The notes: a model not told the origin generated them from the letters alone. Shown: positions 50,948-62,161, numbered from the stretch's first letter. The stretch is DNA of 64,000 nucleotides from Candidatus Moraniibacteriota bacterium (GCA_040772365.1 JAXGYI010000001.1:5416-69415); one strand, 5' to 3'. Made by a program: numbers and translations.

Positions 50948-53401
50948 CTATAAGATGGTAGCGGCGGCAATGGTGTCACTGGCGCGGGGCTTCATGATGC
51001 GCACACCTTGGGTTGCACGGGAGAGTGTAGAGATATCTTTGAGGGGTGTGCGGATGATTTGTCCGGCGGCGCTGGTGATGATGATGTCGCTGTTGTCATC
51101 TGTGCTGACGACGTAGGCGCTAACAATCGGACCGGTTTTTGGCGTAATTTTTGCTGTTTTGATGCCGCTGCCGCCACGTCCTTGGATCTTGTATTGTGAC
51201 ATCGGTGTCTTTTTGCCGTAGCCGTTAGCCGTGAGGATGAAGAGTGCAGTACCTTTTTGCTTGGCAAACATCACATCCATGCCGATGACGTAATCATCGC
51301 TGTGTAGGCGGATACCGCGCACGCCGCCGGCATTGCGCCCCATGGCGCGCACGTTGGCTTCTTTGAAGTGGATGGCCTGTCCGCGTGCCGTGGAGAGAAT
51401 CACGGTGTCTTTGCCGGTTGTGGGCTTAACCCAGCGTAGTTGATCGTCTTTGCCTAATGTGATGGCGATGAGACCGTTGCGACGCACGTTGCTGAAGTCT
51501 TTGATTTTGACTTTTTTTACAACGCCGCGCAGTGTTGTCATGAAGAGGAAAGAGAACTGATCGTCTTTGTTGAATGGAATAATGGCAGTAATGCGCTCTT
51601 CTTGCGACAATTGGAGGAAGTTGACAATAGCATTGCCCTTGGCTGTGCGAGCGGATTCGGGGATTTCATAGGCCTTGGTCTGGTAGACTTTGCCGGTATT
51701 TGTGAAAAAGAAGAGATCATCATGTGTCATGATCGACAGCATATGCGCCACGCTAGTGTCTTCTTTAGTGGCGGCACCAATCACACCTTTGCCGCCGCGT
51801 TTTTGTACGCGGTAGACATCGGGATTCATACGTTTGATGTAGCCATCTGTGGTGAGTGTGATGATAGCTTCTTCGTTGGGGACAAGGTCTTCTTGCTTGA
51901 ATTCACCGACGGCGGATTTGAAGACTTTGGTACGACGTGCGTCGCCGTATTTGTCAGCAAGCTCTTGCAGCTCGTCTTTCACGATCTGTTTTTGCAATTT
52001 TTCACTTTTCAAAATGGCCTCCAGTTGTTTGATGAGGCGTAATTTTTCCTTGAGTTCATCTTCCAGTTTTTTACGTTCTAGCCCTGCCAGTGTTTGCAGG
52101 CGCATTTCCAAGATGGCGGTTGCTTGGACATCGGAAAATTTAAAGCGTTTACGCAAATTGTCGTGAGCTGTTTCTTTGGTGCGTGATTTCTTGATGGTGT
52201 CAATGACTTCGTCGATGTGGTCAAGTGCCGTACAGAGTCCTTCCAAGATATGTGCTCGTTCGCGTGCGCGGTCCAAGTCAAACTGTGTGCGGCGCACCAC
52301 AACGTCGCGACGGTGGATAATGTAGTATTCCAAAATTTCTTTGAGGTTCAGGATACGTGGTTCAATGCCATCCACAAGCGCAAGCATGTTGACGTTGAAG
52401 TTTTTTTGCAAATCTGTGTAGGAGTAGAGTTTATTGAGGACCTTTTGCGGATAAGCCTCTCTCTTGAGGTCAATGACGATACGTACACCGTCTTTATTAG
52501 ATTCATCGCGTAAGTTTTTGACACCAAGGATTTTTTTATCTTTAACGAGTGTAGCAATTTTTTCAATCAACGTTGCTTTATTCGTTAGATAAGTCATTTC
52601 TGTCACAATAATGGAGAACTGTCCGCTCTTGCTCTCTACGATATCTGCTTTTGCACGCATTGTGATTCTGCCATGTCCCGTGGCGTAGGCTTCGCGAATT
52701 TCGTTGTGGTTGTAGATCATGCCACCGGTGGGAAAGTCTGGACCGGGGATGAACTGCATCAGATCATCAGTATCTGCCTTAGGGTTGTCAACAAGGTGCG
52801 CGATGGCACTGGTGAGTTCGCGGAGGTTGTGCGTGGGGATGTTCGTAGCCATACCCACAGCAATACCCATGGTGCCGTTCAGGAGGAGTTGTGGCAGTTT
52901 TGCCGGCAGGACAGTGGGCTCTTGGTGGACGCCGTCAAAGTTCGGCTGGAAGTCTACGGTATTCTTTTCAATATCCAGAAGGATTTCGTCGGCAATTGGC
53001 ATGAGTTTTGCTTCGGTATAGCGATATGCAGCCGCGCTGTCACCATCCATGGATCCAAAGTTGCCTTGCCCCCAGATGAGTGGATAGCGCATGGAGAAAT
53101 CTTGTGCCATACGTACCATGGTGTCGTAGACAGCAGTGTCGCCATGCGGGTGATATTTTCCCAGCACTTCACCAACAACGGTCGCGCTTTTACGAAACTT
53201 TGCTGTGGAGCGTAGGCCTGTTTTCCACATGGAATACAGAATACGACGGTGCACAGGCTTGAGGCCGTCGCGTACATCTGGAAGTGCGCGTGCAATGATG
53301 ACGCTCATAGCATATTCCATGTAGGATTTTTGCATTTCTTCCACAATAGGTTGTGGGGTAATATCTGTGGGCTCGTGCAGTCGTGCAGGTTTTTTTGTCA
53401 T
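50948..53401 (-). CDS. gyrA: DNA gyrase subunit A
   Basis: N-terminal [24 protein letters not shown]; active-site Tyr region; C-terminal beta-pinwheel repeats. 817 aa. Confidence 0.95.
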   Translation of the reverse strand: MTKKPARLHEPTDITPQPIVEEMQKSYMEYAMSVIIARALPDVRDGLKPVHRRILYSMWKTGLRSTAKFRKSATVVGEVLGKYHPHGDTAVYDTMVRMAQDFSMRYPLIWGQGNFGSMDGDSAAAYRYTEAKLMPIADEILLDIEKNTVDFQPNFDGVHQEPTVLPAKLPQLLLNGTMGIAVGMATNIPTHNLRELTSAIAHLVDNPKADTDDLMQFIPGPDFPTGGMIYNHNEIREAYATGHGRITMRAKADIVESKSGQFSIIVTEMTYLTNKATLIEKIATLVKDKKILGVKNLRDESNKDGVRIVIDLKREAYPQKVLNKLYSYTDLQKNFNVNMLALVDGIEPRILNLKEILEYYIIHRRDVVVRRTQFDLDRARERAHILEGLCTALDHIDEVIDTIKKSRTKETAHDNLRKRFKFSDVQATAILEMRLQTLAGLERKKLEDELKEKLRLIKQLEAILKSEKLQKQIVKDELQELADKYGDARRTKVFKSAVGEFKQEDLVPNEEAIITLTTDGYIKRMNPDVYRVQKRGGKGVIGAATKEDTSVAHMLSIMTHDDLFFFTNTGKVYQTKAYEIPESARTAKGNAIVNFLQLSQEERITAIIPFNKDDQFSFLFMTTLRGVVKKVKIKDFSNVRRNGLIAITLGKDDQLRWVKPTTGKDTVILSTARGQAIHFKEANVRAMGRNAGGVRGIRLHSDDYVIGMDVMFAKQKGTALFILTANGYGKKTPMSQYKIQGRGGSGIKTAKITPKTGPIVSAYVVSTDDNSDIIITSAAGQIIRTPLKDISTLSRATQGVRIMKPRASDTIAAATIL

Positions 53402-53565
53402 AAGAGTATTTTAGTGATTGCAGGTTAAGATAATACGAAAAAAAAGAGAAAAACACCATGGGACATGTGTGATGTTCTTTCAGTTGTCTATACTTTTTTG
53501 TGTTGCTCTCATGCGACAGTCATTCCCCCGGGGGACGCTGCATGTCGCATGAAAGCAGCACGTGT

Positions 53566-53865
53566 CTACTGTGAGAGTGTATCAGGTTGGGAAAGTAGGT
53601 CGCTAATAGATACGTTACTGTCTTGCTGTTGTATGCGCTGCGTTGGTTCATTCATATTCTGCTGCATGTGTTGCTGAAAGCTTTCAATAGTAGCCTGTGA
53701 ACGATCGTTATTGCGTAGAACAGCAATATTGATGCGAATGGACATGATCCAGATGATGATGATCAGGATCATGGAGACAGCTAATGCTCCCCACATATAG
53801 CGCAAACGTACATGTTCTGGTTGCTGACGAATGTCGTGAATTTTTTTTTCCAGTGTTTCAAACAT
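53566..53865 (-). CDS. Hypothetical single-pass membrane protein (99 aa)
   Basis: ORF with a TM helix LAVSMILIIIIWIMSI. Confidence 0.4.
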   Translation of the reverse strand: MFETLEKKIHDIRQQPEHVRLRYMWGALAVSMILIIIIWIMSIRINIAVLRNNDRSQATIESFQQHMQQNMNEPTQRIQQQDSNVSISDLLSQPDTLSQ

Positions 53866-53870
53866 AGTGG

Positions 53871-54533
53871 TTATACAACAGCAAGTGTAACAATACGCAT
53901 GCTAACATTTTCAATATCTGACTTTCTTACCGTGTATTTTTCTTCAGTTGTTTTTGGGCAGTTGCCGATTTCGTCACAGAAGTCATCAGGAGAACGTAGT
54001 TGTGTGGATGTGACGCCTTTGGTCTTGTAGTGAATGGGTATAATGATGCGCGGTTCAATTTTACGTGCAAGGGTTTCCGCAGATTTTCCATCAAGTCCTT
54101 CTTGATCGCCAACAGGAAGCAGGAGGATGTCGATGTCATTGAGGATATCCATTACGTGCGGTGGAGGGTCCATGCCAATACCGCCGAGGTAGGCGACTTT
54201 CATGTCTTCCACATCTACAACAAAGACAACGGTATTACCGCGTGTGATGCCACCACGCAGATCAGCAGGGGCATCTCGCCCAATGATATTGATGCCCTTG
54301 GCGGAAAATTCGCCTGGACGATCGAGTACAATAGCGTCACCCCGTAGTCCGGAAGCGTGATTAAACATCGGATCATCTAATGGTACGAGGACAATGTCTG
54401 CACTGCTTTGTAGAGGACGTAGCCCAAAATCTTTACTGTATGGTGCAAAAACGATTGTCGCATCATCACTGCCACGCCCGGCAGTTTTGGCAATCAGTTT
54501 CACACAGGAAAGTCCATGGTAAGTAATATGCAT
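53871..54533 (-). CDS. Metallo-beta-lactamase-fold hydrolase
   Basis: MHITYHGLSCVKL...DIVLVPLDDPMFNH...IPIHY pattern of MBL-fold proteins (UlaG-like). Confidence 0.6.
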   Translation of the reverse strand: MHITYHGLSCVKLIAKTAGRGSDDATIVFAPYSKDFGLRPLQSSADIVLVPLDDPMFNHASGLRGDAIVLDRPGEFSAKGINIIGRDAPADLRGGITRGNTVVFVVDVEDMKVAYLGGIGMDPPPHVMDILNDIDILLLPVGDQEGLDGKSAETLARKIEPRIIIPIHYKTKGVTSTQLRSPDDFCDEIGNCPKTTEEKYTVRKSDIENVSMRIVTLAVV

Positions 54534-54735
54534 AACAGAAAATAAATCAGATAATAGAGGTTTTATGTGCCATTACGGCACCATCTATACTTTTCAATGG
54601 TAGCATGTTTACTACTGTTCGTCCATATCCTGTGGCTCTTTCGTGTCTTTGGATGTTTCACATAGGCACATATACTAAAGTCATGTACAATGAAGATACA
54701 CGCCATTGAGGGTGCAGTATTTGTAATAAAAAATT

Positions 54736-55599
54736 ATGCATACACTACGTGAAGTATTGACGCAGGCGCGACAGCAGGGTATTGCCGTCGGACATTTTAA
54801 TATTTCCAACCTAGAAACGCTATGGGCGATTTTTGAAGCGGCACGCGATCTGAAACAACCGGTGATTATCGGCGTATCGGAGGGAGAGCGTGCGTTTGTA
54901 GGTGCGCGACAGGCCGCAGTGCTGGTGAAGAGTTTGCGCGATACGTATGACTATCCAATTTTTATGAACGCCGATCACACACATGATATTGCAGGCATTG
55001 TGGAAACGCTTGATGCGGATTTTGATAGCGTGATGATTGACGGATCACAGTTGTCGTTTGATGATAACGTCGCCATCACAAAAGAATGTGTGCGCTTGGC
55101 GCAGGAACGTAGTACACAGGCGGGGCGAGAAATTCTCACCGAAGCGGAGCTGGGCTATATCGGGACATCGTCGGCGATTTTAGATGCAATTCCCGAGGGT
55201 GCCGGTGCGGACATGACGGTGCCAGAGGTTGCGGCGCAATTTGTGGAGGCAACGGGTGTGGATATTTTTGCACCATCGGTGGGAAATATTCACGGTATTG
55301 TCACGAGTGGCAATCCGCACATTGACGTGGATCGCGTACGTGCCATTGCAGATGCGACGTCGGCGTATTTGGTGTTGCATGGTGGCAGCGGTATCAGTGA
55401 TGCGGATATTCGCAATGGGATTGCGGCAGGCATTGCCATTGTACATGTCAATACGGAGTTGCGTGTGGCTTTTCGTGGTGGTGTGGAGCAGGGCTTGGCG
55501 GCAGATCCAACAGTAGCGCCCTATAAGTTTATGGCGCCGGCACGTAAAGCAGTGTATGACGTCGTGCATCAAAAAATACGTCTTTTTGCCAACCTCTGA
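54736..55599 (+). CDS. fba: Class II fructose-bisphosphate aldolase
   Basis: GHFN...IIGVSEGERAF...MNADHT...VLHGGSG motifs. Confidence 0.85.
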   Translation: MHTLREVLTQARQQGIAVGHFNISNLETLWAIFEAARDLKQPVIIGVSEGERAFVGARQAAVLVKSLRDTYDYPIFMNADHTHDIAGIVETLDADFDSVMIDGSQLSFDDNVAITKECVRLAQERSTQAGREILTEAELGYIGTSSAILDAIPEGAGADMTVPEVAAQFVEATGVDIFAPSVGNIHGIVTSGNPHIDVDRVRAIADATSAYLVLHGGSGISDADIRNGIAAGIAIVHVNTELRVAFRGGVEQGLAADPTVAPYKFMAPARKAVYDVVHQKIRLFANL

Positions 55600-55617
55600 T
55601 AACGTTTTGAGATTTTT

Positions 55618-56769
55618 ATGACATTTCAGGTGACACAAAAGCGTGATGCGGCACGTATAGGCATGTTGACGACACGTCATGGCGCTTTGACGACACCGTT
55701 TTTCATGCCGGATGCCACGCGTGCAAGTGTGCGTGGGCTGACAAATGCACAGCTGCGCAGCGTGGGTGTGGTGCCAATGGTGGTGAACACCTATCATCTT
55801 TTACTACAGCCCGGCATGGATCTCGTGCGCGGTGCTGGCGGTATACACAACTTTATGCAGTGGGATGGTCCACTGCTGTCGGATAGTGGTGGCTATCAAG
55901 TGTACTCATTGATTCACAAAAATGCCGCACTAGGGAAGATTACAGAGGATGGCGCTGTTTTTAAAAGTGTTTTGGATGGGCGCACACATGTGTTGACGCC
56001 GGAAAAGGCCATCCGCATTCAATTTGATCTTGGCGTGGATATGATGGTCATGCTCGATGATCCGCGTCCCAATGATGCGACACGGACGGTGTTTGAGGAT
56101 GCTGTGGAGCGTACGATACGATGGGCGCAGCGGTGCAAGGATGAGTATGATCGTCACGTTGCGGCGCGTGACATGGATGAGGCATCACGACCGTTGCTGT
56201 TTGGCGTTGTCCAGGGTGGTCCATTTGCGGATTTACGCGCGCGATGTGCTCACGCACTGCATGCTATTGGCTGTGACGGCTATGGCTTTGGCGGGCGACA
56301 CGTGGATATGGACGGGCGATTGATGGAGGAGATTATTACACATACTGCGGCAAGCATTACTCCTGATGCGCCACGGTTTGCACTTGGCATCGGCACACCG
56401 TCGGATATCGTGCGTTGCCATGCGGTTGGGTGGGACCTGTTTGACTGTGTGATTCCCACACGTGAGGGACGGCATGGGCGGTTGTTTGTGTACACACATA
56501 CGGACCATGCGCAGATGCACAGTGCGCCGGATGATTTTTATCACACCATCAATATTGCCAATGCGCAGTATCGGCAAGACTTTTCGCCGATTGATCCAAC
56601 ATGCACATGCTATGCATGTACAAACCATACGCGAGCATACATCCAACACCTGTTTCGCGTTGGCGAGCCGCTTGGGGCGCAATTGGCAGCATTGCATAAT
56701 TTGCGATTTTTTGTACGATTGATGGAGATGCTGCAACATCTTTCAATCGAGCCGCGTCATAACACATAG
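55618..56769 (+). CDS. tgt: Queuine tRNA-ribosyltransferase
   Basis: FMPDATRASVRGL, LSDSGGYQV, Zn site CTCYAC...H. Confidence 0.9.
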   Translation: MTFQVTQKRDAARIGMLTTRHGALTTPFFMPDATRASVRGLTNAQLRSVGVVPMVVNTYHLLLQPGMDLVRGAGGIHNFMQWDGPLLSDSGGYQVYSLIHKNAALGKITEDGAVFKSVLDGRTHVLTPEKAIRIQFDLGVDMMVMLDDPRPNDATRTVFEDAVERTIRWAQRCKDEYDRHVAARDMDEASRPLLFGVVQGGPFADLRARCAHALHAIGCDGYGFGGRHVDMDGRLMEEIITHTAASITPDAPRFALGIGTPSDIVRCHAVGWDLFDCVIPTREGRHGRLFVYTHTDHAQMHSAPDDFYHTINIANAQYRQDFSPIDPTCTCYACTNHTRAYIQHLFRVGEPLGAQLAALHNLRFFVRLMEMLQHLSIEPRHNT

Positions 56770-56774
56770 AACTT

Positions 56775-57503
56775 ATGTTTACATTTTTTGAGGAACATGA
56801 AAAAATTATCGGGGCAATGTCAACAGCGCAGGATGGCAACATGAAGCTCCGTGACGACCATGCCCAAGACGATATTATACAAAACCGTAAAACGTTTTAT
56901 GACAAGCTACGCATACCGCATGAGCGTGTTGTGTCAGCTGGTATTACGCATGGGGCATCAGTTGCTATCGTGCCAGATGTGGCACGTACGTGGTATCCGC
57001 AAACAGATGCACTCGTCACGCGCGCCACGGAGACATACCTTGCGATTACGACGGCAGATTGTTTTCCCGTGCTGCTGTACGATCCACATGCAGAAGTCAT
57101 TGGCATTGCGCATGCGGGGTGGCGCGGTATCGTGACGCATATTGTGCCAAAAACCATTACCATGATGGAATCCATTGGCGCTAGTCGTGATGCTATTCAC
57201 ATGGAAATCGGTCCCGGTATTTCACAAAATAGCTTTGAATTTGACTTTAGAGAAATGATTACGCACTTTGGTCTGTACAACCAGGATAAGTACATCGTAC
57301 CTGGAAGCACCATTGAAAAAGTGCGTGTTAATTTGCAGCAGATCATTTTGGATCAAGCGACGCAGGCCGGCTTGCAGCTACATGATATTAAAGGGTGTTC
57401 GGCGTGTACATTTTTGGATGAATCACTCTATTCGGCACGGCGCCATGGCGGTGACTCATTTAGCGCCATGGTGAGTGTCTTGGGGATGCGTAGCAATGCG
57501 TAA
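56775..57503 (+). CDS. pgeF: YfiH/PgeF-family (DUF152, laccase-domain) peptidoglycan editing factor / purine nucleoside phosphorylase
   Basis: TTADCFPVLLYDP...GIAHAGWRGIV motif. Confidence 0.8.
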   Translation: MFTFFEEHEKIIGAMSTAQDGNMKLRDDHAQDDIIQNRKTFYDKLRIPHERVVSAGITHGASVAIVPDVARTWYPQTDALVTRATETYLAITTADCFPVLLYDPHAEVIGIAHAGWRGIVTHIVPKTITMMESIGASRDAIHMEIGPGISQNSFEFDFREMITHFGLYNQDKYIVPGSTIEKVRVNLQQIILDQATQAGLQLHDIKGCSACTFLDESLYSARRHGGDSFSAMVSVLGMRSNA

Positions 57504-57569
57504 GTCTGAAAAATATTGCGCACGATCAAGCAACACAGGGCTCACGTGCAGATGCGTGAACCTATAAAG

Positions 57570-57598
57570 TTGTCAAAATAGTTTTTTGTGCGTAGAAT
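57570..57598 (+). promoter_or_regulatory. Promoter (TTGTCA-17-TAGAAT) upstream of the methyltransferase gene
   Basis: Good -35/-10 spacing, 45 nt upstream of the ATG at 57644. Confidence 0.45.
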
Positions 57599-57643
57599 AG
57601 ATGAAATTACACATGAAATACCGTTATTTACGTATAGCGCCCT

Positions 57644-58768
57644 ATGGCAAACGAAAATCTCACCAAGGCAAAAAACGCCAAAAACGACGAGTTCTATACG
57701 CAATTTGAAGATATCCAAAAAGAGATCAACGCGTATTTGGAATACGACCCCGATACCTTTCGGGACAAAGTCGTCTATTGCAACTGCGATGATCCCTATG
57801 AAAGCAAATTCTTTCAATACTTCGTGCTTAATTTCAAAGTTTTGGGACTCAAAAGCCTCATCACCACCAGCTACAAGCCTTCTCCCATTGCCAATACACA
57901 ACTATCCCTCTTTGGCGATCACAAAACCATTCGTCCCAAAAAAGGACGTCCAAAAGTCACTGCCAACCGCTTTATTCTCAATGATGTGGGGGATTATAAC
58001 AACGATGGTGCATTCAACGCCAAGGACGTCGCACTGCAACTACAAGAAAACAAAAACAACGAATGGGCACCACTTGAAGGAGATGGTGATTTTCGCTCTG
58101 AAGAGTGCATCGATCTTCTTCGGCAAGCAGATATTGTCGTGACCAATCCGCCTTTTTCACTCTTTCGGGAATACATAAAGCAATTGTCAGACTATGAGAA
58201 AAAATTTGTAATTATTGGAAATAAAAACATCATAACCTATAAGGAAGTTTTTCCTCTTATTAAAAACAATAAAATGTGGGTTGGTGCAACTAGTTTTAAT
58301 AAGGACATTCTTTTTATAGCTCCGCCAAATGCTGATCTTAGCAGTAAACCAAGAACGGCAATTCGGGAAGTAGATGGTGTTACCTATTTACGGTCGCCTT
58401 CTGTTTGGTTTACTAATCTTGACCACGGGCGACGTCATCAGTCACTTGAATTAATGTCTATGGCAGATAACCGTAGATTTAACAAAAAAGTTGCTAAAAG
58501 TAAGACTGCATATAAAAAATATGATAATTACGACGCAATTGAAGTGCCGTTTACTGATGCGATTCCTAAAGACTACGATGGCGTGATGGGCGTGCCAATT
58601 TCATTTCTTGATAAATACAATCCAGATCAGTTTGAGATTTTGGGAGCGACAGAAAGCGAGGGTAGAGGTTTTTCAAATGGACTTTGGGACGAATCAAGTA
58701 AAGTTTCACAGCCGCTTGTAGGCGGTGGCAGGGTTTACAAAAGGATTTTTATTAGGTTTAAGAGGTAA
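57644..58768 (+). CDS. N6-adenine DNA methyltransferase, EcoRI-methylase-like family (NPPF motif)
   Basis: N-terminal KNDEFYTQ...KVVYCNCDDPYESKFFQYF resembles M.EcoRI as I recall it. Catalytic motif IV is VVTNPPF. The 3' half of the gene (from about 58190) is markedly AT-rich. Confidence 0.65.
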   Translation: MANENLTKAKNAKNDEFYTQFEDIQKEINAYLEYDPDTFRDKVVYCNCDDPYESKFFQYFVLNFKVLGLKSLITTSYKPSPIANTQLSLFGDHKTIRPKKGRPKVTANRFILNDVGDYNNDGAFNAKDVALQLQENKNNEWAPLEGDGDFRSEECIDLLRQADIVVTNPPFSLFREYIKQLSDYEKKFVIIGNKNIITYKEVFPLIKNNKMWVGATSFNKDILFIAPPNADLSSKPRTAIREVDGVTYLRSPSVWFTNLDHGRRHQSLELMSMADNRRFNKKVAKSKTAYKKYDNYDAIEVPFTDAIPKDYDGVMGVPISFLDKYNPDQFEILGATESEGRGFSNGLWDESSKVSQPLVGGGRVYKRIFIRFKR

Positions 58769-58780
58769 ATTTTACAAATT

Positions 58781-59230
58781 ATGGAAACAGGATATCTGTG
58801 GCCAATAGCTTTGGCTGTTGTGGGATCTGGTTTTGTGTCAACTATTTTGACAATTGCCAATAGTTGGGCAAAGGATTATTTCTTAGCAAAAAGAGAAGCG
58901 AAAGACGATGTTTTTAAGATTAGAAAAGATATACATAATGATTTTGTTGAATACATGGATTTTTTATATAAAAATGATTTATCAGACAATGAAAGAGCCA
59001 AAAAGAAATACCATTTTTTGAAGACCTACAGAATGATTTTTTTATATTCTGCCGATGAGGATGTGAAAAAAATAAATAAAATGATTGAAGCAAATATAGA
59101 CCTTGTACAAAAAGATGATCCGTACATGCAAGACAAGAAAAATAAAGTTGCTGAAAGTTTTTTACAACTAAGAAAACACACAATAAAAGATACGTCTTTG
59201 AGTGTGGATGATTTTCTGCATATAACTTAA
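58781..59230 (+). CDS. Hypothetical N-terminally membrane-anchored protein (149 aa) in the low-GC island
   Basis: TM helix LWPIALAVVGSGFVSTILTIA, then a charged domain. AT-rich codons. Confidence 0.5.
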   Translation: METGYLWPIALAVVGSGFVSTILTIANSWAKDYFLAKREAKDDVFKIRKDIHNDFVEYMDFLYKNDLSDNERAKKKYHFLKTYRMIFLYSADEDVKKINKMIEANIDLVQKDDPYMQDKKNKVAESFLQLRKHTIKDTSLSVDDFLHIT

Positions 59231-59253
59231 TAGACGCGTGGCATAATAAGGAG

Positions 59254-59919
59254 GTGAATTGTATGAAAAAAAGGTATATAGGGAAAATCAAATTAAATGG
59301 TAAAACATTTATAAACCTAATTTGTAATAGCAAAGGAGACTATATATTTTCCTTTCCAAAATCTAGTGATATTTTAGATGAAGGGGGCTATTTCAGATCA
59401 CATCTTACACTGCACATACAAAACAATCGATTAACATGGAAGGTTACAGACTTTGGAAATTCTACAAAAGATTTTAGCGATGTACTTGGTGTTGCCGACA
59501 AGGAGGGTTTTTATGTATCTCGAAATCAGGGATTATTGAATGACATTGATCTTTTAAAAGGAGAAAGATATTTAGATTTAGAAGATCCCACACATGTTGG
59601 GAAGGTTATTACTTTTGCTGAGAGAAATATACATAAAAAGGGAAGTGGATTAGATTTTTTTTCTGACCCCAAGAATGATGAAAAAAAATTTTCTGAAATT
59701 ATTAATCTTCAGATACCAAAAAAAATTTCTGCTGTAGAGTTAAATATATATGCTGCAAAGAATATAAAATATAATCTAAATCGTATCTATAACATGCGTC
59801 AATCTAATTGGAAGTCAGGCTGTTTTATTCAAGATAATACTAAAAACGCAAAGTATACTTTTGTTGTAATAGTTGAGGATTCCGTATTTAATCCTATTGG
59901 AGGTTATAATTTCTGTTAA
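59254..59919 (+). CDS. Hypothetical protein (221 aa) in the low-GC island
   Basis: ORF tightly following the previous gene; no recognised motif. Confidence 0.5.
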   Translation: MNCMKKRYIGKIKLNGKTFINLICNSKGDYIFSFPKSSDILDEGGYFRSHLTLHIQNNRLTWKVTDFGNSTKDFSDVLGVADKEGFYVSRNQGLLNDIDLLKGERYLDLEDPTHVGKVITFAERNIHKKGSGLDFFSDPKNDEKKFSEIINLQIPKKISAVELNIYAAKNIKYNLNRIYNMRQSNWKSGCFIQDNTKNAKYTFVVIVEDSVFNPIGGYNFC

Positions 59920-60173
59920 TTAGTGCCAAAGTCCTTCGATCCATTGTTTTTTGTAGTCATATCTTTTTTGAATGACATGTGTAAACAAAATAAGAAAAAT
60001 CGTGAAAAACGGTGAAAAAAGTTGGTCAATTCACGACTTTCTTGCAAAAATCGTGAAAGTAGTGTGAAATAGGGGAAAGAAGCAGAGTGCTTTTTGGATG
60101 AGGGCGCGCGAAAAATTGGCACGTGCGGTGATCTTGTCACGCTTAACTAATCAATACATCACAGTAGCATCAC

Positions 60174-61337
60174 ATGAAAACAACATTACGCACCGACATT
60201 ACGGTGAGAGAACTTTGCGATGGATTTGTGTACAACGAATTAGAAGGTAAGGGGCTTTTTGGTTTGTCGGGGAAATTAACGATCCAGCCGGAATACCAAC
60301 GTAACTATATCTATGCCGACGGCAAGAAGGATGTGGCAGTGATTGAGTCAATTTTAAAGGGTTATCCTTTGGGCTTAATTTATTTTAACAAGGTAGAAGA
60401 GGACACATTTGAGGTATTGGATGGGCAGCAGCGGATCACGAGCATCGGACGCTACGTAACAGGAAAATTTGCAGTAAAAGATGAAAGTGGGATGGAGCAG
60501 TTTTTTCATGGCTTAGCAGCGGATAAACAGAAGAAAATTTTGGAGACGACCTTATTAATTTATGAGTGCGAGGGAGAAGAGAGTGAAATTAAAGATTGGT
60601 TTAAAACCATTAATATTGTGGGTGTGGCGTTGAATGAGCAAGAGAAGTTGAATGCGATTTATTCTGGACCGTTTGTGACACTAGGCAAGGAGGAGTTTAG
60701 CAATTCGCAAAATGCCAATGTGCAGAAGTGGAGTGCCTATGTTTCCGGCAGTGTGAATCGGCAGGATTTTTGGGAGCGGGCGCTTTCGTGGGTGAGTCGG
60801 GGAGATGTTGATAGCTACATGAGCCGGCATCGGTATGATGACAACATTACAGAGGTGAAGACGTATTTTACCAGTGTAATTGATTGGGTATCCGGTGTGT
60901 TTGTGGATGTGACAAAGGACATGCGCGGGTTGGAGTGGGGGCGCCTATACGAAGCCTATCATGAGACTGCATATGATCCGTCGGAGGTAGCGGCGCATGT
61001 GCAGCGATTGTATGCAGATCCCTATATCAAAAACTATAAAGGTATTTTTGAGTATATTCTGGGTGGCTTGACGGATACAAAACTATTGCATGTGCGGGTG
61101 TTTGATGAGGCAACAAAAAGATCTGTCTATGCTGCGCAGACGGCAGAAGCAAAGAAGTTGGGCAAGTCCAATTGTCCGCTATGCGCCATTGGGCATGATG
61201 CCAACAACATCAAAATATGGAACAGTACTGACATGGATGCTGATCATGTGACGGCATGGAGTAAGGGCGGTGCGACGGACGCGGCAAATTGCCAGATGTT
61301 GTGCAAAACACACAATCGCGCAAAAGGTAATCGCTAG
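60174..61337 (+). CDS. DUF262 (ParB/Srx-like, GmrSD N-terminal type) domain fused to a C-terminal HNH nuclease motif
   Basis: N-terminal [10 protein letters not shown] and DGQQRITS (DUF262 hallmarks). C-terminal CPLCAIGHD...[12 protein letters not shown]...[15 protein letters not shown] is an HNH with two Cys pairs. Confidence 0.7.
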   Translation: MKTTLRTDITVRELCDGFVYNELEGKGLFGLSGKLTIQPEYQRNYIYADGKKDVAVIESILKGYPLGLIYFNKVEEDTFEVLDGQQRITSIGRYVTGKFAVKDESGMEQFFHGLAADKQKKILETTLLIYECEGEESEIKDWFKTINIVGVALNEQEKLNAIYSGPFVTLGKEEFSNSQNANVQKWSAYVSGSVNRQDFWERALSWVSRGDVDSYMSRHRYDDNITEVKTYFTSVIDWVSGVFVDVTKDMRGLEWGRLYEAYHETAYDPSEVAAHVQRLYADPYIKNYKGIFEYILGGLTDTKLLHVRVFDEATKRSVYAAQTAEAKKLGKSNCPLCAIGHDANNIKIWNSTDMDADHVTAWSKGGATDAANCQMLCKTHNRAKGNR

Positions 61338-61477
61338 GTGCGTGTTTTATGGCATGATGTGTGAAACATTGTACTGATCGTACATTGATTTTTTGTGTGC
61401 ACTATGCTATAATAGATGTGTAGAAGTCAATACTAAGGTTCGTAAAACGGGTGCAGAGCTCGTTTTTGTGTATTTCT

Positions 61478-62122
61478 ATGGCACGTAAAAAGACCCAACA
61501 ATCAAAGAATAAGTGGTATGCTGTCCGATTTGTGCGTTCGCCACAGGATGGTATTGCTGTAGTTTTTGCGGTGGTGTGTAATATTGTAGTTTTTGGATCA
61601 CTTGGCATGTTGTACTACACGCAAAAAGACATTGCGCTGTCTATGGAGCATGTTGATCATTCTATCGCCGTGATACAGAAGATGTATGATCCAAAATTTA
61701 TACAGGCGCGCAATCTTGCAATTGAGCTCTATGGTTATCCGATGATGCATATGGTCCCGTACTTAGTACGCGAAGATCCCCAAGTGGTGGCATTTTTGGT
61801 AGCGATTGCCAAGAAAGAAAGCGCGTGGGGCAAGCGGGCGCCGGTACTGAACGGCGATGATTGCTATAATTACTGGGGATTTCGGCAAGTACGTACGCGC
61901 ATGGGTACTGGGGGACATACATGCTTTGATGGTCCGCAGGATGCTGTAAGTACGGTTGCTGCGCGCGTGCAGGATCTTATTGCCAAACAATACGATACGC
62001 CACAGAAAATGGTTGTGGTGTGGAAGTGTGGTTTTTCATGTCAGGGGCATACGGAGGCAAGTGTGCGGAAGTGGGTTTCTGATGTGAACTATTACTATAC
62101 GCGCATGTACCATCATTTTTAG
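61478..62122 (+). CDS. Glucosaminidase-like (FlgJ/lysozyme-family) peptidoglycan hydrolase with an N-terminal TM anchor
   Basis: AIAKKESAWGKRAP...YNYWGF resembles the mannosyl-glycoprotein endo-beta-N-acetylglucosaminidase motif. A TATAAT lies upstream at about 61410. Confidence 0.55.
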   Translation: MARKKTQQSKNKWYAVRFVRSPQDGIAVVFAVVCNIVVFGSLGMLYYTQKDIALSMEHVDHSIAVIQKMYDPKFIQARNLAIELYGYPMMHMVPYLVREDPQVVAFLVAIAKKESAWGKRAPVLNGDDCYNYWGFRQVRTRMGTGGHTCFDGPQDAVSTVAARVQDLIAKQYDTPQKMVVVWKCGFSCQGHTEASVRKWVSDVNYYYTRMYHHF

Positions 62123-62161
62123 CAGTCCTTCTCAATCGTCCTTGCGGTGATGCAGGGTATT

